DNA of 57,067 nt from a bacterium (GTDB lineage: Bacteria > Patescibacteriota > Patescibacteriia > UBA9934). Below the pieces are notes generated by a model. The model had not been told where the DNA came from and did no database searches. It saw nothing but the letters and a program-made list of their open reading frames with translations. A program made the translations under genes and the position numbers. This document shows, piece after piece, positions 9,671 to 20,683 of this stretch. The stretch's first letter is position 1. The number at the start of each line of letters is the position of its first letter. The DNA lies in the NCBI GenBank assembly GCA_043818555.1, contig JBDRFP010000012.1:1-57067 (forward strand), in the 5' to 3' direction.

Positions 9671-9774
9671 AGGTATTTCTTAATGTTTTCGCATTTCAGA
9701 ATTGACAAAAAGGCGGTTTTATGGTAGCTTTGATTTCTTAAATCGACCTTTCAACAACCCAAAAGGAAAAAGCC

Positions 9775-10281
9775 ATGAACCGACTGTTTCTGATTCTCGC
9801 TGCCCTGCTATTCTCGTGTGGCAACTCGTCGACCGAGAATGCGCCTGCGCCCGCCTACGAACGCGAACCATGCTCGTACCGACTCTGGGCGCTCAAGAGC
9901 GCGCTCGAAACGATCGACGCCTCTATCGAACTGGCCGAGCAGGCGCCTGCCGGAGAACTGGCCGAGGAAACGCTTATTGGCGCGCTCAACAGACGTCGCG
10001 CGATGCGAGAAGCTCAATACCGTGTCCTTAGCGGCGCAACTATGTGCGGAATGGATCAAACTGCCAACCTATACGTCCTAGCTGCGTGTAGGGCTGAGTA
10101 CTACAATGCGTTCGACATGGCTTTCGAGCTACTCGATACAACCCCAGAAGTAATCGAATTCTACAAAGAATTCTCGAGCCGTGGCAATGCATGCGAAGCC
10201 GCTCTTGAAATGGGATTGTTTGGCCCTGATGAAGACGCCAAGCCCGACTGCGAAGATCCGCCACTCAACAAAGAGATATAA
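9775..10281 (+). CDS. Orphan lipoprotein
   Basis: MNRLFLILAALLFSC lipobox; own TTGACA promoter and SD. Confidence 0.7.
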   Translation: MNRLFLILAALLFSCGNSSTENAPAPAYEREPCSYRLWALKSALETIDASIELAEQAPAGELAEETLIGALNRRRAMREAQYRVLSGATMCGMDQTANLYVLAACRAEYYNAFDMAFELLDTTPEVIEFYKEFSSRGNACEAALEMGLFGPDEDAKPDCEDPPLNKEI

Positions 10282-10556
10282 GTCGGCCTGGGCAACGAGC
10301 CGTTCGAGAAACCGGCCAATCATCCGACACCGGCTCCATAAGAGTAGTCGCTACCCCTACGTGCAAGCGTGGGGGTTTCAATTTGTTATAAGAACGAGAG
10401 TTTCAAATGTTTCAAAGGTCGCAAAGGTTTCAAAGGTCCGTGGCTCACGAACTAGTCCCTAGTCCCTAAATCCTAGTCCTTATCGCTCAACTTGACACCC
10501 CAGCCAATCATTGCTTAAATGACCTCACAACCGTTCATCTTCACAAAGGAGGCATC

Positions 10557-10871
10557 GTGTTCCAAGAGAAACCAGAAGCAAAGTTGGTGATCAGTTTTCC
10601 GGCTCCTCTGTCGAGAGCCGACATCGGCGTGGATGAACACGTCGAACTGATCTCTAGGCCCGGGTGGTCGCTGGCGATCGAGGGGAATTCAACGTGGAAG
10701 GCTCGCATCAAGATCGCGTTCGATGACTGGCGTGAGGACCTAGTAGTCATCCGCGACGGAATCAACATGTTCCCTGCTCCCTGCGACAACGCATGGGCCT
10801 ACCCTGCCGATCCTGGCCACTGGACCTTCGAATTCGGCAACTACAAGCTTCAACTCGAGGTCACCGAGTGA
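10557..10871 (+). CDS. Hypothetical protein
   Basis: AAGGAGG SD with GTG start, TTGACA promoter, downstream hairpin. Confidence 0.7.
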   Translation: MFQEKPEAKLVISFPAPLSRADIGVDEHVELISRPGWSLAIEGNSTWKARIKIAFDDWREDLVVIRDGINMFPAPCDNAWAYPADPGHWTFEFGNYKLQLEVTE

Positions 10872-10968
10872 CCCCAATTTCCGGCACTTAGTGTCGGAAA
10901 TTTGTATTTTCACCAACTTTAGCAAAACTCCTCTCCGGGAGAGGAGTATCCTCACCGGGAGAGGAGGA

Positions 10969-12141
10969 TTATTGACTAATTAGGCTACCGAGCAACTCAC
11001 GACCTTGCTCGGTAGCGTCGTCAAAGCCCAACGTAGACTTCTCTAAAATATACTCGCTAACAACATCAATCGCCGCCTCAGGATCGTCACCCGCAATCTC
11101 CTCGACATAGCGTTGTACAAATTCAAAATGAAATTCCTCGCGCAATTCGTCGTCCTCCACCTGCAGCCAAATTCGCTTCTTATAAAGCTCTGAGATCGAA
11201 TCGTCGCCTGCCAAACGCGCCTGAACAAACACTTCCAGCTCGGACTGGATTTCCTCCAGTGACCGCCCGGAAAAATCGCCTTCGCCCAAAAGCGGCGCAA
11301 TATAATCCATTAACTCCTTAATTTGAGATTCGGCATTTTCAACATCAAAATGAATATCCACAGTTTCGTAATGAGGTTCCATGGTTAAAACAATGTCGTC
11401 AGGCCGCTCATCGATCCCTGAGTCAATAAACCCCTGCATCAATGTCCGCGCGGTTGCAAAATCCATATCCGTGTCAACCATCTTAAACGCCAGGTACTGC
11501 AACGGAATTGACATGTCACTTTCAAATCGCCCAAGCTGGCTTATAATCATGTCCTTAATGAACACAGCCTGATTATGCGTTCGCTGAGGCTCGCCGATCT
11601 GGTAACTCTGCCTATGCCGAAGCCATTCAAGCGTCTCAGTAGTCGGCATATCGAACAGACGCGCCAGGCCAAGAACCTGCGAAAACCCAACAGTCGCAAC
11701 ATAATCAGCCTTAACGCCAACAATCTTTTCAATCTCGCCGATGCCATAATCCAGCCCGGCGTATGCACATGCGTTCGCCAGATAATACTCGCCGACCTCA
11801 TAAGTGCCCGGTGGAATGTAGGCATACGTGCCGCGCGGTACAGAGGTGACATGGACGGTCCAGGCTTCGATATCGAGCGTAAACATGTGAATAGCGTCGC
11901 AGTGTGGCTCACTTTCGCTTTTGCGCGCGTCAAGCCCCAGCAACAAAATATTAATTTCATTCTCATTGCCAAAATTCGGGCTTCCCTCTTTAATTAAAAC
12001 CGCCTCGCGATCTTCAAGCACCAAGTCGACCACTGCGGCGACCGCCTCGTCGCTTGACTCTCCGCCCATTTGCGCAAACGCAAATACACCGGCCAAACCG
12101 ATTCCAATAACTATCAATGCGATTGTTAACGCTCGGATCAT
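10969..12141 (-). CDS. LytR-CpsA-Psr (LCP) family protein
   Basis: N-terminal TM, INILLLGLDAR...DAI...VTSVPR, R.HNQA motifs. Confidence 0.85.
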   Translation of the reverse strand: MIRALTIALIVIGIGLAGVFAFAQMGGESSDEAVAAVVDLVLEDREAVLIKEGSPNFGNENEINILLLGLDARKSESEPHCDAIHMFTLDIEAWTVHVTSVPRGTYAYIPPGTYEVGEYYLANACAYAGLDYGIGEIEKIVGVKADYVATVGFSQVLGLARLFDMPTTETLEWLRHRQSYQIGEPQRTHNQAVFIKDMIISQLGRFESDMSIPLQYLAFKMVDTDMDFATARTLMQGFIDSGIDERPDDIVLTMEPHYETVDIHFDVENAESQIKELMDYIAPLLGEGDFSGRSLEEIQSELEVFVQARLAGDDSISELYKKRIWLQVEDDELREEFHFEFVQRYVEEIAGDDPEAAIDVVSEYILEKSTLGFDDATEQGRELLGSLISQ

Positions 12142-12189
12142 AACGAGGATAGGTTATCCCAATTTGACCTTACTTGCAAGCATTGGCCA

Positions 12190-12310
12190 AATCTTAAATG
12201 ACCAATAACCAAAGAACCAATTCCCAATGAATCCCCAACCACCAATCCCCAATTGGTCATCGTGTATTGGCTATTCATTGATCATTGGGTGCTTGTGAAT
12301 TGGTCATTCA
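12190..12310. repeat. Imperfect inverted element made of short ACCAAT-type tandem repeats
   Basis: AATGACCAAT...CCAATGAAT arm mirrored by ATTCATTG...ATTGGTCATT. Confidence 0.7.
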
Positions 12311-12354
12311 AATTAAAAACTTCCCCGTTTCGCGGAGAAGTTTTTAATTTGTGG

Positions 12355-12639
12355 TTACAACAGCGCGTCCTTTGCTGCCTTGTTCACTGCGAACTTCAGG
12401 ACTGTCTTTGCAGGGATGTGAATGGTCTCACCTGTTGCCGGGTTGCGGCCCATTCGAGCATTGCGATGCTTCTTAGCAAATTTGCCAAGCCCCGGGAGAA
12501 CTACCTCTCCGGATCGGCCGATTTCCTTGTAAACGAGGTTGAGGAACTTATCATAATTCTCCTCTGCCTCCTTTTTACTGTTTCCCCATGCTTCGGCAAG
12601 AGCTGCCATCAGCTGGGTCTTTGAAAGACGCTTGTCCAT
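12355..12639 (-). CDS. hup: HU family DNA-binding protein
   Basis: LPGLGKF...ARMGRNPATGETIHIPAK. Confidence 0.95.
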   Translation of the reverse strand: MDKRLSKTQLMAALAEAWGNSKKEAEENYDKFLNLVYKEIGRSGEVVLPGLGKFAKKHRNARMGRNPATGETIHIPAKTVLKFAVNKAAKDALL

Positions 12640-12815
12640 AGAATGCGTGTTAGTTATTTTTTAACATAGAAATTGTAGCATTTATAGGGTTTTTCCGCAA
12701 CATACCTGTGTACAACCTAAGCATATTCGATTTTGAGCTGTCAAGAAAAACCGCATCAACCATGACTGACATGTGAGGATATGGTACTCTTTGAAAGAAA
12801 TAGATCATGATTATT

Positions 12816-13493
12816 ATGTGCGGAAGAATTACAATCACGGTTTCCCAAGAACATCTTGAAAAGCGATTTGAGGCTAAGTTTAGTGGAGAACTCCCCTACT
12901 CTCCTCGATTCAACGCAACGCCGATGCAGATGTTGCCGACTATTGTTTACAATGATTACGATCGCCGGATCGAATTTATGCGCTGGGGCCTCCAGCCGGT
13001 GTGGTGGAAGCAAGAGTCGCGATCGCTCATCAACATTCGAAAAGAGACGCTTGGCGAGAAAAATACATTTGCGTACCTGCTAGAAAACCAGCGATGCTTG
13101 GTGCTAGCTGATGGTTTTTACGAGTGGAAGCGCGAGGGCAAAACCAAAGTACCGTATTGGATCTGCTTAAAGTCAGGTGGACCTTTTGCTTTTCCGGGAG
13201 TCTGGGAGGTCGACAAGGATCGCAAAACTGAAAAAAAGATACAGGCGTTTTCGATTTTTACAACCGAGCCCAATGCATTAGTCTGCAAGATTCATAACCG
13301 TATGCCGTGTATCCTTGGTCGCGATGATGAAAACAAGTGGCTCGATCGCTCAGTATCGCAATCTGACCTAATCAAACTGCTCAAAGCATATCCGGCTGGC
13401 GACATGGAAACCGTAGAAGTATCACAACATGTAAATAGCCCGGGCCTAGATAATCCGATCCTCATCGAACCTGTCAAGAGGCTTTTTGCTTAA
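12816..13493 (+). CDS. SOS response-associated peptidase (SRAP/YedK/HMCES family)
   Basis: MCGR start with catalytic Cys2, MRWGL, RCLVLADGFYEW, IHNRMPCIL. Confidence 0.93.
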   Translation: MCGRITITVSQEHLEKRFEAKFSGELPYSPRFNATPMQMLPTIVYNDYDRRIEFMRWGLQPVWWKQESRSLINIRKETLGEKNTFAYLLENQRCLVLADGFYEWKREGKTKVPYWICLKSGGPFAFPGVWEVDKDRKTEKKIQAFSIFTTEPNALVCKIHNRMPCILGRDDENKWLDRSVSQSDLIKLLKAYPAGDMETVEVSQHVNSPGLDNPILIEPVKRLFA

Positions 13494-13652
13494 AGTGAAA
13501 TTGTTGCGGGATACGAGGGGTAAAGAGGGATGGAATAGGGATTTGAGGGGTATAGAAAGGAGATGACCTTGCCAAATTTGTCAAAATAGTGTATAGTTCT
13601 CTCGCGATCGATAGGCACTACAGACAACGCAAATCTCCAAATAGATAAAATT

Positions 13653-13728
13653 GCCGTCGTAGCTCAGTTGGTAGAGCGCATCCATGGTAAGGATGAGGTC
13701 CGCGGTTCAAACCCGCGCGACGGCTCCA
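13653..13728 (+). tRNA. tRNA-Thr(GGT)
   Basis: Cloverleaf, anticodon arm CATCC-ATGGTAA-GGATG, TTCAA T-loop, CCA end. Confidence 0.96.
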
Positions 13729-13729
13729 C

Positions 13730-13815
13730 GGGTCGGTACTCAAGCGGTCAACGAGGGCAGACTGTAAATCTGCTGGCGTAAGCCTACGGAGGTTCGAGTC
13801 CTCCCCGGCCCACCA
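13730..13815 (+). tRNA. tRNA-Tyr(GTA)
   Basis: GCAGA-CTGTAAA-TCTGC anticodon arm, long variable arm, CCA end. Confidence 0.96.
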
Positions 13816-13930
13816 TCCCATGTCGCTCAAGCGAGCTTGAGCTATGAGGGATGCCCCTCCGAAGCTTAAGCGAAGGAGGACAAAAACACCCGAGTTTCTC
13901 GGGTGTTTTTGTTTGTCAATATTATTTTCA

Positions 13931-16900
13931 CTACCCTCCCAAAATCTCAACATCTGCTTCCCGTAGCCAGCCAAACTCGTCGGCACTTATTTTTATCTTA
14001 TGCCATCCGTCTGATACTTCATAGTAGCCGAAGGCTTCGCCGACATTAAGACTGGCAACTATCTCTGCGTCTTCAGAGGGTTCGCTAAACGCATATGCAT
14101 ACCCTGCAGGCAAATCACGAATCTGTAAAATCCCTTCGGCAATACTCACGCCCGAGTCAATCCTGGTTACCGACGGCTCAGCAGGCTCTACCGGAGCTTC
14201 CACAACAGTTTCATCAGCCGTTTCACCAACCGCCTCATCGACTACGCCGGCCGTGCCTTCCGCTTCAGGCGCTACCTGAACACTTGTCTCGAGCACCGAC
14301 TCTTCCAAAATCCTCTCCGCTGAAAACTCTTCCAAAATTACATCAAGCTGTTTGTACGACAACCGCACCATTACCACAAGGACCACAACCACCACCAGAA
14401 CTGCGGTTCCAATTATGATTATTGAGATCTTTCTTGTTCGAATTTGATTCTTCAGCCACACTTGGAACTCAGTCTCGGCCATTTGAAACGCGCCCTTCTT
14501 GCCCGCAGCTTTCTTCATCTTCTTTTCCAGGGCGCCCTGACGGAACCAGAGGAAGCTCAGTACCAAACCCAGCAACAGGGCAATGCCAACAACTCCGGCA
14601 AGTAATCGGAGAATTCGGATTGCGTTATCTTGAATTAATTGCGTGGCAGAAGTAAGAATTAGGCTCTCAAGGCTGACAAATTTCTGTCTTGCGCTGTCAA
14701 GTCTTTCCAAATTGCGCCTGTATGACAAAATGTGATGTTGCGGAGTTGTGTAGCCCTTTTCCTGCTCAGCCAATACAAGATCGACCGTTAGCGACACATC
14801 GCCTGCGAGTAATACGCCCTGCGACTCAAAGTCGGTGTTCTTCAATAGAGCAACCATTTGTGCGGCTCTTAGCTTTAAATCATTAAGATCTTCAAGCGAA
14901 AACCTCCAAATATCCTCAACCTCCAAATTGCGCACAAACAATTCTCCTGCTCCGATTTGGATGTCCCCAAACGCGTAATACCTTCCTGCTGAGCTTGAAT
15001 AGGCCAGCTGCAAACCATCGTTCATTAACACGCTTTCCGGCGTAACTTCGTCCGGCAAAAATGCCTGGAAACGCACAGTGTGTTCTGAATCAAGCGGGTT
15101 GGCTACCAGGAAGTCCAGCGATACAGAGCCAAACTTCATATAGCTTTCAACAACCGGCCTGGAAGCCTTGTTTTCAATCAGCCGTCTTATTAAAGATGCC
15201 AGCGCGCGAAAATCAGCAAGCTTTCGCCTTACGCTAAACTGGCTTGTGAAATCCACAGCGTCAATATTAAACAGGTCTTCAAAAGTAAATATATTCAACT
15301 CACTTACCCCAAGTTGAGCCAAAAGTCCCTTAAGCCTTACCGACTCGGCTTCAAAAATAGCTTTCAACTCCGCGCGATCTTCTTCGGTCGCGTTATTTAA
15401 ATTAGCTACCAGCGCGGCTGCAGCATCCAAAGAATGGCCTGAATCCAGCAGTTCCAAGTAAAGCTCTGCTGCCAATTCTTCTCCGATTTGCGGCACAACA
15501 TCTTCTTCGGCAAGCGTTGGCACAACCACAATAAGGTCTTGCAAGACAATAGTGAACTTATCGCCAAATCTTGGCGCAGCAGTAAAAGCGTCGCCTACGG
15601 TAATTCGGTGGGTGTTTCCGTCATAGGTGATGATTATACGCGCCTGCCCGGCCAAAGGGCCTGAGATAAATGTGATTTCGCCACCAACATAAGCGTCGCT
15701 TACCGGACTTGACAGGTTTGTTGTGAAGGATGTCGCTGATCCGAAATACTCATCAACCATGCCCTCAACAGTTAGGAACGGCCCAATCTCTTCTTCTGTC
15801 GCGGACTCAACATCCTCAACTTCGCTAATTAATTTCTCGCCGTCTTCCAATTCTTCAAGAGTGTTTGCAACAACCCTGGCTTCAGAATCAACGCAAAGAT
15901 GATCCAGCGCGTCAACAATCGAGTACTTCAAGTCGCCGCGCGCGGTTTGCGAATCGGCCCACAAAAGCGCGTCCCTGCTCTGGTCCAAGTAGTAGAACCT
16001 GGCCCACACCTCGTGGCTCCAAAGCGCGTCTCCGCCCACATATGAAATGATAAAGTTCTCGCAGTCGAGCTGTGTAACATCAAGAACAACATCGTTATAA
16101 TCAAAATCATCTCCCTTGTCTTCGAAATTAATCCGAGTCTTTGTGGAGCTTAGCTGTTCCGTGGTGGTAAAATTGGTATTTGTGTGTCGCTCATTGCCAT
16201 CAGGATTCACAATAAAGATGTCGTAGAGCATTAAGCTACACGCTACCTTGCATGTTCCTGTTTTTGCCAAAGGCTCGCTTACCGGAGTAGTATCTGCCGG
16301 ACAGAAGTTGCTTGCCGCAACAGAATCGAGCGTAATGCTGCGACCAAACCCGATTTGCGAGTCGTGCCAAATTTCAACATCGGAAACCTCAACACCTTCG
16401 TAGAATGACTTCACTCTTATCTGATGGTGCCAGCTCGCGTCGCCTCCGACAATTTCAAACACCACGCTCTTACAATCGTACTGGTTTATGTCGATGATTA
16501 CATCGTTATAGTCAAAATCCAGTCCCTTGTCTTCAAATCCAACGCGCGTTTTCTGGTATCCAATTGCATTTGATTTTGTCCAAATGCTATTCATGTGCCG
16601 CTCAGTACCATCAGGATTGATAATGTAAAGGTCGAAATCAATGTTGCCGCATTGCACCCTGCACTCCGGCGGCTCTTCGATTATTTCCGGCTCTTCAGGA
16701 TCCTCAATGTCTTCAGGATCTTCGCATTGGTTTGCTTCGTCCAAGTAAACCTGATCAAACACTGTGGACGACATATTGCCGGTAGAGCTGCGGAACTTGG
16801 CAAAAATCGTTTTCCAACCGTCTCCGCTTGCTAAAGTCCACCCCTTCTGCGCGGTTCCGGAAAATGCCTCCCAGTTGTTTGTGGTAAACAGCGAATCGCC

Positions 16901-19900
16901 CTCGCTTACAAGAACGCTTACCGAATTTCCGGCCGAGAGAGTCATTGTAATGTCTGGCGTTGCAGTGCATTCAGGAACGATAACAGTTGGATTTGTTGGG
17001 ATTATAATTGGATTAGGAGGGTTTGGATCGTCTCCGCCAGTATTTACCGTTATGTTTACCGACGCGTCATCATTTCCTGTATTGCTATCAGGCGGGCTTA
17101 CGCTTGTAATCGACGCAGTGTTTGTGATGGTTGTTCCGGCGGTTCCGGCATTAACCGTGCCGATAAGTGTAAGCGTTGCCGATGCGCCGGCATTCAAAGC
17201 TCCAATATCCCAGACAGCTGTTCCGCTGTTGTAGGTGCCGGCCGTTGTAGAGTTGCTAACATAAGTAACGCCCGTAGGAAGGCGGTCGGAAATTTGTAAA
17301 ATCGTAGTTGCCGTGATGTCCAGGTTCGTTGCGGTAATTGTGTAGGTGACTGTTGCGCCTTCGTCCGGCGTGTTGTCGTCAACACTCTTCCCAAGCGCAA
17401 CATCGGTTGACGCCACGCTAACCGTAAGCGTATCGGCCGTTGCAGTATCGCCACCGCCGCCTTCGATTGGGGCGCCAATTGTAACCGTATTTGGAATTGT
17501 GTCGCCGTTTACTGCGCTTGATGCGACATCTCCGGTGTATTCAATAACGCACGCTATGCCAACCGCCACTGTAATATCGCTAATATCCAAAACCGTCCCT
17601 GTTGAGTTATTGGTTATGGCTCCGCAATTTGTATTGCTTACCACAATCAGCGTATCCAACTGAGGATCCATCGCTTCATAAGCCGTAATGCCGGATCCGG
17701 ATGCTGTGCCGGAATTGGAAATTGTGAGAGTGTAGGTGACCGTTTGATTCCGCGCTACAACATTGTCAAGGTCATCGTCAACCTGAGTGGCGGAAATGCT
17801 TGGCGAAACCGCAAAGCTTACTGTGAGCGTATCGGCCGTTGCCGCAGTGCCAACACCTCCCTCGGTCGCCGCCCCAACAGTTGTAGTGGCCGGGATTGTG
17901 GCTCCGTTACTCGCGCCCGGCTTTACCTGAACGGTGTATACAACCACGCAGTCGGCTCCAAGCGCTACATCGACATTGCTAATATTTAGCGCCGTCCCGG
18001 TTGAATTATTAGTAATGGTCCCGCAATTGGTATTGCTCACAATGGCAAGGTTCTCAACATCGGTGTCAAGAGTTTCGCTAAGGGTTACCCCGGTCGCAGG
18101 GCCGTCGCCTGAGTTTGAAACTGTAAGAGTGTAAGTTACAACCTGAGAAAGACCAACGGTGTTGTCCGTATCGTTTTCGGCTAATGTTGCGGCTAGAACC
18201 GGGGTAATGTCAACCGTGAGCGTGGTTGCGCTTGGCGTAGCGCCAGAACCACCCTCGGCCGGAACGCCAATAGTGGCACTTTGAGGAATAGTCTCCCCTT
18301 CCGTGTTCGGTGTTACAACATCTACTTCGTATGTGATTGTGCAGGTGTTGGCAGCATTAATATCCAAACCATCAACATTAATTACCGAGGATGTCGAATT
18401 ATTCGTGTACGTTCCGCAACCTGAAAATGTAACATTGGCAATATTTTCCAAGTTTGAATTTGGAGTAATGTCTAGCGTTACTTCTGTGGCGTTGATTGTG
18501 CCTGAGTTAATGATTGACGCCGTGTAAGTAACCGTCTGCCCCGGCGTTACCAAATTGTCAGCATCGTCTTCGGTAAGGGTTGATGTAGATAGGTTTGGCG
18601 CGTTAATAATAACCACGTCGGTTTCGTCGTCATTTCCGGTGTCGCCGTCATTACAATTTGTAATTCCTGCTGTAGTACAGTCTGATCCGTCGTCTACCGT
18701 TGTGTCGTCTGAGTACAAGTCTCCGGTAATTTCAGCAACTGAAGAAACCGCTTGGTTTGAATATGTTCCAGGTGACGCAAAACTAACCCTGTAACGAATT
18801 GTAATTTCGTCGTAGAGAGGTGACGGCGAGCTTAATGAAAACAGCCAATCGTTTGAGAAGGTAATGGTTCCTGTGGCAGTAATTCCATAATCTGCCGCAC
18901 AGCTGGTACAACCTGCAGTTTCTGCGTCCTGAGCGTTGGTGAGCGCATAAGTTGCAATGTCGCCTGTATCAGTAGAAGTGTAGGTGACCTGAATCCCGGT
19001 GCCCGCTCCGTATGAATCGGTCTGGAAAGTGGCTCCAACTGGTAAATCGTCGGCTACAACTAGGCTAGTTACGTTTCCAGCAAGGCTGTTTACTTTTACA
19101 ACATACTCGATAACTTCTCCGGGTGATATTGATCCGCCGTCTAAGTCATTCACGGTCTTGCCCATTGTGTATTCCGGTTCCGAGAATGTAATAGGGTCTG
19201 AGAATACACCGGCGCCTAAAATGTAGTCTTTTTGGTCAGGGTCGCTTGCGGTGGCTGATGTTGAATAGTTTGCGGTAATCATTGCATCGCCTTGGCATAA
19301 AATCTGATTACCAAGCGTATCCTTAAAATCCGTCATCGGGATCTGAAAGTCAATAAAGTATTCAGTAGCGTCCCCAACCACGCCGTTGTCCGGAGTTACG
19401 CCACTTCTTGCCAGTAATTGCGTGATTGGATCAGCGTGAGACGCCACAATAGGTTCACCGGTTGGGTCGCCATCACCCGATGTTTCGTAAATAACATCCA
19501 ATGTCTCTGCAGCCAAGTCGCCATTGCCGTTTAGACGAATGTAAAAGTCTTCGATTCCGTCGCCATTGCCGTCTAAACGAACAAACCAAATGTCGTTTGT
19601 AAATCCTTTCTTCACAAGACCAACTGGATTGCCTGCTATTCTGGTTCTATATTGCACGTAGTCGTCGGAAATATTGGCACACCCAACTGAGTCGTCGTTT
19701 GGATCGGTATAGTAAAAACCGTTTGAAAAGGTGTTGCGGATTGTAGAGCCGGGCTGTCCGTCATTTCCAGGGTTGTACGACGGAGTTGATTTACATACGG
19801 CCTGAGAAGCAATGTCGTTCGCGCCTGCCGGGTTTGCGCCTATAGTAGGGTCAACACAGCCGGCGATTGCCGACTCATCAACCGCCGCTTCCCCTCCGGA

Positions 19901-20071
19901 AGTAATAACATACCATTCATTGTCTGTTGGCCAGGCGGCTCCTGCGGCAAGAAGGCCATTTGGATTGCCCTGAGAGAATAACAAAAAGGAGACAGCAGTT
20001 GCACTCCCAAGCAAAACTGCGCCTATGGCTGATCTAAAAAATTTAGATTTTAGCCAATCCTTTTTAATCAC
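13931..20071 (-). CDS. 2046-aa membrane-anchored surface protein with DUF11-like Ig repeats, two FEDKGxDFDYND domains, two C-terminal TM helices and an SH3b-like domain
   Basis: Repeated (P)G.TVTYT.T.SN.G motifs, duplicated YIINPDG.ERH...FEDKG.DFDYNDV module, hydrophobic helices, GWHKIK...FGWL tail. Confidence 0.85.
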   Translation of the reverse strand: MIKKDWLKSKFFRSAIGAVLLGSATAVSFLLFSQGNPNGLLAAGAAWPTDNEWYVITSGGEAAVDESAIAGCVDPTIGANPAGANDIASQAVCKSTPSYNPGNDGQPGSTIRNTFSNGFYYTDPNDDSVGCANISDDYVQYRTRIAGNPVGLVKKGFTNDIWFVRLDGNGDGIEDFYIRLNGNGDLAAETLDVIYETSGDGDPTGEPIVASHADPITQLLARSGVTPDNGVVGDATEYFIDFQIPMTDFKDTLGNQILCQGDAMITANYSTSATASDPDQKDYILGAGVFSDPITFSEPEYTMGKTVNDLDGGSISPGEVIEYVVKVNSLAGNVTSLVVADDLPVGATFQTDSYGAGTGIQVTYTSTDTGDIATYALTNAQDAETAGCTSCAADYGITATGTITFSNDWLFSLSSPSPLYDEITIRYRVSFASPGTYSNQAVSSVAEITGDLYSDDTTVDDGSDCTTAGITNCNDGDTGNDDETDVVIINAPNLSTSTLTEDDADNLVTPGQTVTYTASIINSGTINATEVTLDITPNSNLENIANVTFSGCGTYTNNSTSSVINVDGLDINAANTCTITYEVDVVTPNTEGETIPQSATIGVPAEGGSGATPSATTLTVDITPVLAATLAENDTDNTVGLSQVVTYTLTVSNSGDGPATGVTLSETLDTDVENLAIVSNTNCGTITNNSTGTALNISNVDVALGADCVVVYTVQVKPGASNGATIPATTTVGAATEGGVGTAATADTLTVSFAVSPSISATQVDDDLDNVVARNQTVTYTLTISNSGTASGSGITAYEAMDPQLDTLIVVSNTNCGAITNNSTGTVLDISDITVAVGIACVIEYTGDVASSAVNGDTIPNTVTIGAPIEGGGGDTATADTLTVSVASTDVALGKSVDDNTPDEGATVTYTITATNLDITATTILQISDRLPTGVTYVSNSTTAGTYNSGTAVWDIGALNAGASATLTLIGTVNAGTAGTTITNTASITSVSPPDSNTGNDDASVNITVNTGGDDPNPPNPIIIPTNPTVIVPECTATPDITMTLSAGNSVSVLVSEGDSLFTTNNWEAFSGTAQKGWTLASGDGWKTIFAKFRSSTGNMSSTVFDQVYLDEANQCEDPEDIEDPEEPEIIEEPPECRVQCGNIDFDLYIINPDGTERHMNSIWTKSNAIGYQKTRVGFEDKGLDFDYNDVIIDINQYDCKSVVFEIVGGDASWHHQIRVKSFYEGVEVSDVEIWHDSQIGFGRSITLDSVAASNFCPADTTPVSEPLAKTGTCKVACSLMLYDIFIVNPDGNERHTNTNFTTTEQLSSTKTRINFEDKGDDFDYNDVVLDVTQLDCENFIISYVGGDALWSHEVWARFYYLDQSRDALLWADSQTARGDLKYSIVDALDHLCVDSEARVVANTLEELEDGEKLISEVEDVESATEEEIGPFLTVEGMVDEYFGSATSFTTNLSSPVSDAYVGGEITFISGPLAGQARIIITYDGNTHRITVGDAFTAAPRFGDKFTIVLQDLIVVVPTLAEEDVVPQIGEELAAELYLELLDSGHSLDAAAALVANLNNATEEDRAELKAIFEAESVRLKGLLAQLGVSELNIFTFEDLFNIDAVDFTSQFSVRRKLADFRALASLIRRLIENKASRPVVESYMKFGSVSLDFLVANPLDSEHTVRFQAFLPDEVTPESVLMNDGLQLAYSSSAGRYYAFGDIQIGAGELFVRNLEVEDIWRFSLEDLNDLKLRAAQMVALLKNTDFESQGVLLAGDVSLTVDLVLAEQEKGYTTPQHHILSYRRNLERLDSARQKFVSLESLILTSATQLIQDNAIRILRLLAGVVGIALLLGLVLSFLWFRQGALEKKMKKAAGKKGAFQMAETEFQVWLKNQIRTRKISIIIIGTAVLVVVVVLVVMVRLSYKQLDVILEEFSAERILEESVLETSVQVAPEAEGTAGVVDEAVGETADETVVEAPVEPAEPSVTRIDSGVSIAEGILQIRDLPAGYAYAFSEPSEDAEIVASLNVGEAFGYYEVSDGWHKIKISADEFGWLREADVEILGG

Positions 20072-20129
20072 AAATTAAATAAGTTTTCTGCAATAATTAT
20101 ACCACGAATTTTGGCAGATTAATTAACAA

Positions 20130-20438
20130 TCAGACTGTTATTGTAATAGTTATCAACAGCACTATTAATGCCATGTAGAACAAGGTGTAGCCAAATGTTT
20201 GCAAAGCTTCTTTGATCTTTTTATTGTGCGCCAAATAAACCGGATAGCCAAACACAAGCGCGCCTGTGATTGCCGCTGAGAATACGAGCAGCATAAGTAT
20301 GATTACTCCCATGATCATTTCTGATGGATCAATTACGGAATTGCCGAGCATCATCATGATCGCGCTAATAGTTGTCACATAGGCTGCAACGCCTATGGCC
20401 TGCAGTAAGCCGGCCAATGCTGGTTTTTTGATTTTCAT
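20130..20438 (-). CDS. Small membrane protein (3 TM)
   Basis: Three hydrophobic helices; LLVFSAAITGALVFGYP. Confidence 0.75.
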   Translation of the reverse strand: MKIKKPALAGLLQAIGVAAYVTTISAIMMMLGNSVIDPSEMIMGVIILMLLVFSAAITGALVFGYPVYLAHNKKIKEALQTFGYTLFYMALIVLLITITITV

Positions 20439-20471
20439 AAAGTTTTGATTACGAGATAATTATCTCACTAT

Positions 20472-20542
20472 TCTCCATCTCGACCGACCGAAGGGAGCGG
20501 AGAGATCTCTCGGCTCGCTTTCAGCCTGCTCGCTCGAGATAG
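20472..20542. repeat. REP-like palindromic element
   Basis: ATCTCGACCGACCGAAGGGAGCGGAGAGATCTCTCGGCTCGC...TCGCTCGAGAT, nested inverted repeats. Confidence 0.5.
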
Positions 20543-20683
20543 CGCAGGAAGAGGAAGCGAGGTTGATTATCAGAACACGAGAGTTCACAGTTGCCAGTTC
20601 ATGGGCTACTGGGATGCTGCCTACTGACTACCTGCGTTTTCAGTATAACATAAAGCCCGCGATTATTAGTCGCGGGCGCTTGT

